The notes below the pieces were generated by a model. That model was given only the letters and a program-made list of their open reading frames with translations, ran no database searches and had not been told where the DNA came from. DNA of 64,000 nucleotides from an uncultured delta proteobacterium (GTDB taxonomy: Bacteria; Desulfobacterota; Syntrophia; Syntrophales; UBA5619), in the NCBI GenBank assembly GCA_963817385.1, contig CAWFOM010000002.1:64001-128000 (forward strand), given 5' to 3'. The first letter of the stretch is position 1, and the number at the start of each line of letters is the position of its first letter. This document shows positions 39,153-47,315 of the stretch, in pieces. The position numbers and the translations under genes were made by a program.

Positions 39153-40538
39153 CTACTCCAGGCCGAATTTTTTCATCTGATAGCGGAACGAATCATAACT
39201 GATGTCGAGGAGTTTTGCGGCCTTTGTCTTGTTACCCACCGCCCGCTCCATGGCCTGGAGAATCAGGTCCCGCTCGATCTCGTCAAGAGAGAGACCCGTC
39301 TCGGGGAGAATGAAACGGTTCTGCCTGCACGTTGCCTGGGGCATCGCCAAACCGCTCACTTCCAGGGGCAGATGTTCCGGAATGATCATCCGCGCGCTCT
39401 GGAGAACCACGATACCCCGCACCACATTCTTGAGCTCCCGCACATTCCCCGGCCAATCATAGGAGACCATCAGCTGTTCCGCCTCCGCGGAAAACCCTTC
39501 CATCGCCTTGTTATACTCCTTGGCAAAGGCGGCCAGAAAATGGCCGGCCAACACCGGGATATCCTCTTTCCTCTCCCGTAGCGGGGGGATATGCAGGGAA
39601 AAGGCGTTCAGCCGGTAATAAAGATCCGTGCGGAAATCACCTCTCTGGACGGCCGCGGTGAGATCCCGGTTGGTCGTCGCGATGACCGTCACCTCGACCG
39701 GGATCTCCTCCTGTCCTCCGATCCGCCGTACCACCCGCTCTTCCAGCACGCGGAGGAGCTTGCTCTGCAGACTCAACTTCATTTCCCCCAGTTCATCGAG
39801 CAGCAACGTCCCGCCATCGGCCACCTCAAAAAGCCCTTTCTTGCTTTTTCGGGCATCGGTAAAGGAGCCCTTCTCATAGCCGAACAGTTCACTTTCCAGG
39901 AGCGTATCCGGCAGGGCACTGCAGTTCACGGCAATAAAGGGGATGGAGGGGCTGGCGGCCGTCCCGTACATCATCTGATGGATATTGCGGGCGATCACGT
40001 CCTTGCCGACACCACTCTCCCCGGTGATCAGGATGCTGGAGACGCGGGCCTCGGCGATCCGCTCGACCTTTTCCTTCAACTCCTTCTTGGCCTTCGAAAC
40101 GCCGATAAATTCCTGCTCGAAGAGAGAGGAGCTTATCTTTCGCAAGTACTCCAGTTCCCGCCTGAGTTTTTTATTCTCGATGGCGTTGCCGATGACGATC
40201 TTGACCTCATCCATGTTGAAGGGCTTGGTCAGATAATCCCAGGCGCCGATCTTCATGGCCCGGACGGCGGTCTCCGCCGTGTCGTCGGCGGTAAGCATGA
40301 TGACTTCGATGGCAGGGGCGTCGTTCTTGAGCGTCTTGAGCGTCTCCATGCCGTTTTGGCCCGGCAGGTTGATATCCAGTAACACCACGTCCGGGTGCCA
40401 GGAGAGGATCCTCTCGGCGAGATCCGCCGCTCCCGTTTCCGTACGTATTTCGAAACCTTCCTTTTCCAGGGTGCGCGAAAGCATGGAGAGTATCAGGTCA
40501 TCATCGTCGACAAGGTAGATACGTCCCGGACTTTTCAT
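39153..40538 (-). CDS. NtrC-family sigma54-dependent response regulator
   Basis: Receiver domain, GESGVGKD, ESELFGYEKGSFTDA, LLLDE, WPGNVREL, C-terminal Fis-type HTH. Confidence 0.95.
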   Translation of the reverse strand: MKSPGRIYLVDDDDLILSMLSRTLEKEGFEIRTETGAADLAERILSWHPDVVLLDINLPGQNGMETLKTLKNDAPAIEVIMLTADDTAETAVRAMKIGAWDYLTKPFNMDEVKIVIGNAIENKKLRRELEYLRKISSSLFEQEFIGVSKAKKELKEKVERIAEARVSSILITGESGVGKDVIARNIHQMMYGTAASPSIPFIAVNCSALPDTLLESELFGYEKGSFTDARKSKKGLFEVADGGTLLLDELGEMKLSLQSKLLRVLEERVVRRIGGQEEIPVEVTVIATTNRDLTAAVQRGDFRTDLYYRLNAFSLHIPPLRERKEDIPVLAGHFLAAFAKEYNKAMEGFSAEAEQLMVSYDWPGNVRELKNVVRGIVVLQSARMIIPEHLPLEVSGLAMPQATCRQNRFILPETGLSLDEIERDLILQAMERAVGNKTKAAKLLDISYDSFRYQMKKFGLE

Positions 40539-41986
40539 ATCGCCGCTCCAGTCCTCCCCGCCGTAACGGGCAAAATGATGGTAACCGTCACGCCGCCGCT
40601 GATGGCGTTGGCAACCGCAATGCTGCCGCCATGCTCCTCGACAATCCGCTTGGAGACGGCCAACCCCAGCCCCGTCCCCTTCCCCTTCCCCTTGGTAGTA
40701 AAGAAGGGCTGAAAGATCTTCTCCATTATTTCGGGGGGGATCCCTTTTCCCGTGTTGTGCACTTCTATTGCGACACTCCTGCCCTTCTCACCCTGGCGCG
40801 TCTTCACCGTAATTTCCCCGCCATCCACTATTGCATCGACCGCATTCAGAAGCAGGTTGAGGAATACCTGCTGAAGCTGCTGCGGGTCACCGACGATTTC
40901 CGGCAGTTGCTCATCAAGCGCCTTGATCATCTTTTTTGGGGGGTCGCCCAAGAGAAACGAGGGGTGTTTCTCAATGAAATAAGCCGCTTTCTCGAGGATG
41001 CGGTTGATATTGAAACTGACCGGCTGGGCGGCCACCGGCCGGGCATAGTTCAGGAGATTTTTCATGAGCAGTTCGATATTCCTGATCTGCTCGATGACCT
41101 TCACCAGGACCTCGCGGTCCCGCTCCTCCAGATCGAGCTCCGCAAGCAACACTTCAATCGACACCTTCATTCCGGCCAACGGATTCCGTATCTCATGGGC
41201 GAGACCCGCCGCCATCTCTCCGCATACCCGCAATTGTTCCGTCTGTTGCATCTCCTGCATCTGTTTCTTGAGAGACGCCGCCATCTCATTGAAGGAACCC
41301 GCCACCTCCCCGAATTCGTCATAGAGCCCCCTGATCCGGTGATCCAGGTCGCCCGCCTTCAGCCGGCGGGTGGCATCCAACAGGCTGTTGACGGGCCGAG
41401 TCAGTCCGTTAATCAAGATGAACGCCAACCCCACGGCAAAAAACGGTCCCACGGTAACCAGCATGAACAGAGAGATTTTCCTATGGTCGATCTTGCTGAG
41501 GATCTCCCGCTCCTGTCGGTCAAAATTTTCACCCGTGATGGTGATGATCCGCTCCATCTTCCCAATCAGGTCATCACCCAACCGCAGCGCCGCCTCCGCC
41601 TTCCCTTCCGAAACCGCCGATCCCGGACGGGCGGCGAACACCGCGCGGGTCAACTCATAGTATGATTCAATCTCTGTTTGCAGCTTGGTTATCGTTTCGT
41701 GGGAGGCGGACGAGTGATGGCAGGCGAGGCATTGCTTAACGGTTCCCACCAAACCGGTTTCTCCCGGTGCATCCTCCATCGTAAAGTGCGTCCCCCGCAG
41801 GACGAGGTCGTTCTGATTTTTTTTTATCAGCAACAGGAGGTCTTTTCGCTGTGCTACCGTATGGTGGAGTTGAGAGAGTCGGTGCAGATCGTAGATAGTC
41901 GTTTCCGTGGACGTAACGATGTAGACGCCGCCGAAGAAAAACATCAGGGCAAAAATAGCGAGACCGAAAATTATTTTTTTCTTCAT
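40535..41986 (-). CDS. Sensor histidine kinase with a periplasmic CxxCH motif and HAMP
   Basis: TM, periplasmic domain with CLACH, TM, HAMP. H-box LAHEIRNPL, N-box QVFLNLLLNA, PFFTTK, GTGLGL. Start MKKKII. Confidence 0.93.
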   Translation of the reverse strand: MKKKIIFGLAIFALMFFFGGVYIVTSTETTIYDLHRLSQLHHTVAQRKDLLLLIKKNQNDLVLRGTHFTMEDAPGETGLVGTVKQCLACHHSSASHETITKLQTEIESYYELTRAVFAARPGSAVSEGKAEAALRLGDDLIGKMERIITITGENFDRQEREILSKIDHRKISLFMLVTVGPFFAVGLAFILINGLTRPVNSLLDATRRLKAGDLDHRIRGLYDEFGEVAGSFNEMAASLKKQMQEMQQTEQLRVCGEMAAGLAHEIRNPLAGMKVSIEVLLAELDLEERDREVLVKVIEQIRNIELLMKNLLNYARPVAAQPVSFNINRILEKAAYFIEKHPSFLLGDPPKKMIKALDEQLPEIVGDPQQLQQVFLNLLLNAVDAIVDGGEITVKTRQGEKGRSVAIEVHNTGKGIPPEIMEKIFQPFFTTKGKGKGTGLGLAVSKRIVEEHGGSIAVANAISGGVTVTIILPVTAGRTGAAI

Positions 41987-42075
41987 CGTTCGATCGACCG
42001 CTGCATTTCGGGACGCAGCCACAGGCGCCGCTATGCACCGCTTCCTTCTTGACAAGACCGCATTTGGGAAGGCGG

Positions 42076-42104
42076 AGTATATGAAGATGGCCATTGCCTG
42101 TCAA
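42076..42104 (-). promoter_or_regulatory. sigma70-type promoter for the kinase-activator unit
   Basis: Minus strand TTGACA-N17-TATACT. Confidence 0.75.
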
Positions 42105-42264
42105 GCTAATTAAGGCTGCACAGCGTTCAGCGATTATTTTCTTGACAAGATACCATTTGTATATAATTATAGATGTCTTCCCGAACATACGGCATCTGCA
42201 TCTGTGGTTGCGGTCAGGGCGCCGCAAGGGGGAGTTTTGTACTTTTGTACTTAAGGAGGTTTTC

Positions 42265-43644
42265 GTGCCGGAGGATACCAAAAAGAAGGAAAAGCAACCC
42301 AATATTGTAGACACGATATGGGATTTTTTTACTTCACTGAAGTTGGTTATTATTCTATTACTCGTTCTCTCTGTGCTGTCCGTGGCCGGCACCGTCATTG
42401 AACAGAACAAGCCTCTCCAGGAATATTACCGCTTCTTCAAACCGGAAACCGTCGCACTCTTCAGCAAACTGGGCTTGCTGGATATGTATCACAGTTGGTG
42501 GTTCACATCCTGCCTTGCGCTGTTGGCTTTGAATATCATCGCCTGTACGATGGAGCGGTATCCCTTCATTATGCGGGGGATGAGAACGCAGAGTGTCGTC
42601 CTTGATGAAAAACTCGAAGCGGGTTTGACGAATCTTGTCACGATCAAATACACCCTGCCCGCGGAAACGGCGGAGGAGCGGATTAGGGCGATCGCAGAGA
42701 AAAACTTCCCCGCCCGCCCCGTGGTAACCGAGATGGCAGGTGCGAAACATTTTTTTTATGAAAAGGGGAGATACTCCCGGCTTGCCTTTTTCCTGACGCA
42801 TCTGAGCGTCATCATCATTTTTCTCGGCGCCATAACGGGATCCCTCTTCGGATTCAAGGGATATGTGAACATCAATGAAGGGGAGGCCATCTCCTCCCTC
42901 GAGACCCGGAAGGGCGAAACCGAGAAGTTGAATTTCAGCGTGAAGTGCAATACCTTTGAGGTCGACTACTACCCGAACGGCGCCCCGAAAGATTACCGGA
43001 GCGATCTTTCCGTCGTCAAGGACGGGAAAGAGATAACCAGAAAAACAATCCGGGTGAACGATCCCCTGAGCTACGAGGGGATAACCTTTTATCAGTCAAG
43101 TTTCGGGAGACTCCCCGACACCGCTACGTTCGAGATCAGGGGGAAGGATGGCGCCTCCCTGGGCACGATAGCCGCTCCCTTTGGGAAGCAGGTGGATATT
43201 CCGGGCGGCGGTGTGAGGATCGAGGTTCTGGACTACCGAGAGCATTTTCATTTGCACGATGGTTCCGAAGCCGGCCCGGCATTCGGGGTCAATATCATCC
43301 GTCCCGGCTTACCGCCGGAGGGGATATGGATCTCCGAAACAAAGCGGGAAATGAATCGCTATGAGGGCTATGAGTTCGTGGTAAAAGGCACCAAATTGAA
43401 AAGCTTTACGGGATTGCAGGTCAACAAGGATCCCGGCGTCTGGCTGGTATGGACCGGCTCACTCATGCTGGTGGCAGGGATCATGATGGCCTTTTTCATG
43501 TCGCACAAAAAGTTCTGGATACGGATCGGAAGAGACAAGAAAGGCCGGGTGGAAGTTACCGCCGGCGGTATGACAAACAAAAATAAACATGCCTTTGCCG
43601 GTGAAATACAGAAACTGGCTGACGGTTTCAGGGAGGTTTCTTGA
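42265..43644 (+). CDS. resB: Cytochrome c biogenesis protein ResB/CcsB (System II)
   Basis: FFTSLKL, GTVIEQN, MYHSWWF, THLS, VNDPLSY, FYQSSFG, TGLQVNKDPG. GTG start after AAGGAGG. Confidence 0.93.
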   Translation: MPEDTKKKEKQPNIVDTIWDFFTSLKLVIILLLVLSVLSVAGTVIEQNKPLQEYYRFFKPETVALFSKLGLLDMYHSWWFTSCLALLALNIIACTMERYPFIMRGMRTQSVVLDEKLEAGLTNLVTIKYTLPAETAEERIRAIAEKNFPARPVVTEMAGAKHFFYEKGRYSRLAFFLTHLSVIIIFLGAITGSLFGFKGYVNINEGEAISSLETRKGETEKLNFSVKCNTFEVDYYPNGAPKDYRSDLSVVKDGKEITRKTIRVNDPLSYEGITFYQSSFGRLPDTATFEIRGKDGASLGTIAAPFGKQVDIPGGGVRIEVLDYREHFHLHDGSEAGPAFGVNIIRPGLPPEGIWISETKREMNRYEGYEFVVKGTKLKSFTGLQVNKDPGVWLVWTGSLMLVAGIMMAFFMSHKKFWIRIGRDKKGRVEVTAGGMTNKNKHAFAGEIQKLADGFREVS

Positions 43645-44492
43645 TGACAAGTTCGTTACTGTTCGGAATTTCCATATTCGTCTATTTTTTCTCCATGGTG
43701 CTGTATGTGTCTTATCTCGCGTTCAGGTCGGAAACCTTGGGAAAGGTCGCCACAGGCGTGCTTTGGACGGGGGTCGGTGTTGAAACGGCGGCCATATTAC
43801 TGAGATGGTATGAATCATACCAGATGGGAATCGGCAGGGCGCCATTGACCAATCTTTACGAATCCCTCGTCTTTTTTGCCCTGACGGTCGCGATTATCTA
43901 TCTGCTCATGGAGAAGAAATTCGGTATCAAAACGGCGGGAGCCTTTGTGACCCCCTTCCCGTTTATCATCATGGCCTATGCCTCACTGAACTCCAGCGAG
44001 ATTCAACCCCTGGTTCCCGCTCTGCAGAGCAACTGGCTCATTTCCCATGTCGTCACGTGCTTTGTGGGATATGCGGCCTTTGCCGTATCATTCGGTGTCA
44101 GCTTTCTGTATCTCTTCAAAATGAAGTCAGAAAGCGGCGCGTCAAAAAAAGGAGGTTCGTCCCTGGATTTCCTCCCGTCTGCGGATCTGCTGGACGAGGT
44201 CGGTTATAAAACCATTGCCATCGGCTTCCCGCTGTTGACGATCGGCATCATCACCGGCGCGTTCTGGGCGAATGTGGCCTGGGGCACGTACTGGAGCTGG
44301 GATCCCAAGGAGACCTGGTCGCTCATCGTCTGGCTCATCTATGCCGCTTACCTCCATGCACGGATCACCAAGGGATGGAAAGGGAAGAAAGCGGCGCTGC
44401 TGTCGATCGTCGGTTTCACCGCTACGCTTTTCTGTTACCTCGGCGTCAACCTGATACTGTCCGGGCTTCATAGCTACGGCGGCATGCAATAG
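43641..44492 (+). CDS. ccsA: Cytochrome c biogenesis protein CcsA/ResC (System II)
   Basis: APLTNLYESL, LQSNWLISHV, WWD motif WGTYWSWDPKETW, GLHSYG. Confidence 0.96.
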   Translation: MMTSSLLFGISIFVYFFSMVLYVSYLAFRSETLGKVATGVLWTGVGVETAAILLRWYESYQMGIGRAPLTNLYESLVFFALTVAIIYLLMEKKFGIKTAGAFVTPFPFIIMAYASLNSSEIQPLVPALQSNWLISHVVTCFVGYAAFAVSFGVSFLYLFKMKSESGASKKGGSSLDFLPSADLLDEVGYKTIAIGFPLLTIGIITGAFWANVAWGTYWSWDPKETWSLIVWLIYAAYLHARITKGWKGKKAALLSIVGFTATLFCYLGVNLILSGLHSYGGMQ

Positions 44493-44525
44493 ATCGGAAA
44501 GGGATGCGCTTCGCTTTGCCTCCGC

Positions 44526-45581
44526 TCATCCCCTCTTTTCCTGTTCGTAGTTCAAGGCCCTGATCGGATAGGGGATTACGATGCCCTCACGGGCGAAACG
44601 CTCATGGATCCGCTTGATGAACTCGTGCTTTACGGGGAATTGATCCACAAACGTCTTCGCCCTCAGGATCACCGAAAAGTTGATGCCGGACTCCCCGAAG
44701 GTATGATAGCGGATGGAAGGGATGAAATCGGGAACGCCGCCCGGCGCTTCCCGCATCACCTCCGCCGCCACCTCGCAGGTTACCCGTTCGACCTTCGCCA
44801 GGTCGCTGGCATAATGGACGCCCATGCCGACGGTGAACGCCATGCCCGTCTCCTGCAAGGTATAATTGGTCACGATCATCTCCGTCAATTTCGCATTGGG
44901 TACCAGGATGAGATTGCCGGCCAGCGTCTGAATTACCGTCGTCCGCCAGCTGATGTCGTGCACGTGACCCTCCTCGCCGGAATCGAGCTTCATGTAATCT
45001 CCGACGCGGATCTGTTTTGTCGCTACGATATGAAAGCCCGCGAAGAAGTTCGAAAGGGTGTCTTTGAGCGCAAGAGCGACGGCCAGACCTCCCACACCGA
45101 GGGTCGCCAGGATCGGCGAGATGGAGATCCCGAGGCCGTTGAGAACGATCAGGGCCCCCACCCCGTAGACGACGATCCGGATGATGTTCTCCGTGAGGCT
45201 CGTAACCGGCAGGACCGATTCGATCCTCTCGGCGCGAATCCGGGTGAAAGCGCACAGGATATTTGCCGTTACCATCGCCACCGCGATGATGGCAAGGATG
45301 GACAACCCCTTGTCCGCCTTTTCGACGAGGGATTTGGGCAAATTCGAGACCCCGAGGGCTGCCGTGAGTCCCAGCATGATGCACAGAACGATGAAGGGGG
45401 CCCTGACGGCGGAGAGGATCGCATCTCCCGTGCGGGTATCCGTTTTCCGCGCCCATCGTGACAGCCGGGAAAGGAGATAGCTCCTCAGGAGATACCCGGC
45501 CGCCAGGATGATCAAGAATGTCCCGAGGGGAAGAAGTATCTCCAGGGATTTTTCAAACTGTTCGTTGAGCATCGATTTCAT
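44526..45581 (-). CDS. mscS: Small-conductance mechanosensitive channel (MscS family)
   Basis: LGVGGLAVALALKDTLSNFFAG, VGD, ISWRTT, VPNAKL, GIVIPYP. Confidence 0.92.
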   Translation of the reverse strand: MKSMLNEQFEKSLEILLPLGTFLIILAAGYLLRSYLLSRLSRWARKTDTRTGDAILSAVRAPFIVLCIMLGLTAALGVSNLPKSLVEKADKGLSILAIIAVAMVTANILCAFTRIRAERIESVLPVTSLTENIIRIVVYGVGALIVLNGLGISISPILATLGVGGLAVALALKDTLSNFFAGFHIVATKQIRVGDYMKLDSGEEGHVHDISWRTTVIQTLAGNLILVPNAKLTEMIVTNYTLQETGMAFTVGMGVHYASDLAKVERVTCEVAAEVMREAPGGVPDFIPSIRYHTFGESGINFSVILRAKTFVDQFPVKHEFIKRIHERFAREGIVIPYPIRALNYEQEKRG

Positions 45582-45609
45582 TCGCCCCTCCCTACTCCTT
45601 TTATAAAAA

Positions 45610-46581
45610 TTACGCGACGGAACGTCCGGCCAGCCACGCCCCCGCAGCGATCAGGACAGCCCCGGGCAGCAGTCCCGGCCCCATCGCCTCCCGGAAGAGA
45701 AGCCCGATCAGGATGGTCGAACCGACGGGGGTGAAATAGGCAAGCGTGCTGATCAGCGGCACGTTCCCGCGCTTAACGCCGATCTCCCACCAGTGGTAGG
45801 CGAGCCCCACCGGACCGATTCCGCCGAAAAGAACCCAGAAGAGCGCCTCCGTCGTGACAGGCGGGAAGGCCTGCCACTCCCCCCGGAAGGCAGCGAGGGC
45901 GGCGGCCATTGCCGCGCAGACGGTGAAGTGAAACGCCGTTCCTCCCTGCTCCTCCGGAATTCGCCAAAGTCTGAGGAGGACGCTGTAACAGGCCCAGAGG
46001 AGCCCCCCCAGAAGCGCCAGAGCAAGGGGGAGCGGATCTTCCGGCAGACTCAGCAGCGCCGACGGACCGCGCGCGACAACGATTCCCGAAAAGCCGAGAA
46101 GGACGCCTGCCGCAGTGAGGCGCGGCCGCGTTTTCTCATCGATCAGGATGGCGGAAAAAAGGACGATCCAGACCGGCCAGAGGTAGTTGAGGAGATTCAC
46201 CTGGCCGATTGCCTTCGCCGGCGCAATACCGAAGGCAAAGGCCAGGATGATGGTGTAGAAGGCAACCCCCCAGAAGCCCGCAACGACAACCCGGAGGGGA
46301 AGATGAAACAGGTCGCCCAGGGGGCGTCGCCGGAGGCGTTGCAGGAGGGCCACGGTCGCGACGCCGGTCGCCGTCATCAGCGCCAGATAGGCCATCGGCC
46401 CCAGGAGCTGCGCACCCCGGGCAAAACAGGCGCCGCTTGCGCACCACAGAAGGATCGATCCGACGGCAGCCATGGTCGCCCTTCTCCTTTCGCCCTCTTC
46501 CAATCGGACAGACAATGCTCTTCTCCTTTTCTTCCCGCCCCGCACGGGGATGCGCCGAACTTCCCCGGTAATCTCTTTCAT
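45610..46581 (-). CDS. EamA/DMT family transporter (YddG-like); true start probably further downstream
   Basis: About 10 TM segments, NLLNYLWP, WACYS, LAYFTPVGS. Confidence 0.85.
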   Translation of the reverse strand: MKEITGEVRRIPVRGGKKRRRALSVRLEEGERRRATMAAVGSILLWCASGACFARGAQLLGPMAYLALMTATGVATVALLQRLRRRPLGDLFHLPLRVVVAGFWGVAFYTIILAFAFGIAPAKAIGQVNLLNYLWPVWIVLFSAILIDEKTRPRLTAAGVLLGFSGIVVARGPSALLSLPEDPLPLALALLGGLLWACYSVLLRLWRIPEEQGGTAFHFTVCAAMAAALAAFRGEWQAFPPVTTEALFWVLFGGIGPVGLAYHWWEIGVKRGNVPLISTLAYFTPVGSTILIGLLFREAMGPGLLPGAVLIAAGAWLAGRSVA

Positions 46582-46725
46582 TTGTCAGGATTCGTCAAGT
46601 CCAAACCTCTCCCGGCGCCGCTCTCCTCCGGGCAACTGTGCATGGAATCCCAGTGCATGGAATCCCAGTTGCCTGTTTCCTGCAGGAATGGTAAGGTAGC
46701 TTCCGAATCGAAGGAGACAGCAATC

Positions 46726-47265
46726 ATGCCTACGCAGGCAATCGCAATGATCATAAGGGTGTTTTCTGCACTCCTTTTTATGGGATTGTTCTCGGCCGCC
46801 CTTCCCGCAACTCCCTGCCGGGGATCGGAAAGCGCCGCTGACCCCACGATTACCCTGGACGTGCAAAATGAGCCGTTACGAAGCGTACTGGAAAAAATTT
46901 CCAAAACAACCAAGTGGAAGATCATCGTCCCCGACAAATGGATGGACAAGCCGATAACGCAAACACTCGATAAGGTTCCCCTGGAAGAGGGGCTGCGGTT
47001 CATTTTGAAGGATGCGGGCATCGAGAACCTGCTACTGACCTATGATGAAAACAGAAAGACGGCTGCTGTTTATGATACGGAAATCCAGACGGGGCAATCC
47101 GCAAACCGTCCGCCGGCGCAAGGTGATGTGCACCGGCCGGTCTATCCTGCAAGCGGCCAACCCGATCCCATACTGACCCGCCCCGCGACAGACCAGGAGT
47201 CCGGCCCATCGCGGAGGATTCCCCGGTCGAGAGGCAGGCGACACACCAACACTAACGAAGAGTGA
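46726..47265 (+). CDS. Exported protein with a stand-alone STN/secretin-N0-like domain
   Basis: 3' part of ORF 45793..47265: signal peptide, then ITLDVQNEPLRSVLEKIS...ITQTLDKVPLEEGLRFIL, then a Pro/Arg-rich tail. Confidence 0.6.
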   Translation: MPTQAIAMIIRVFSALLFMGLFSAALPATPCRGSESAADPTITLDVQNEPLRSVLEKISKTTKWKIIVPDKWMDKPITQTLDKVPLEEGLRFILKDAGIENLLLTYDENRKTAAVYDTEIQTGQSANRPPAQGDVHRPVYPASGQPDPILTRPATDQESGPSRRIPRSRGRRHTNTNEE

Positions 47266-47315
47266 GAAACAGCTACCGACGGACTTAACGACCTGTTTTC
47301 GGAAAAGGTTCCCCC

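Noticed and set aside
23400..44500. The EET island as an active mobile element
   Set aside because: No integrase, transposase, tRNA target or flanking direct repeats found. Lower GC alone is not enough.
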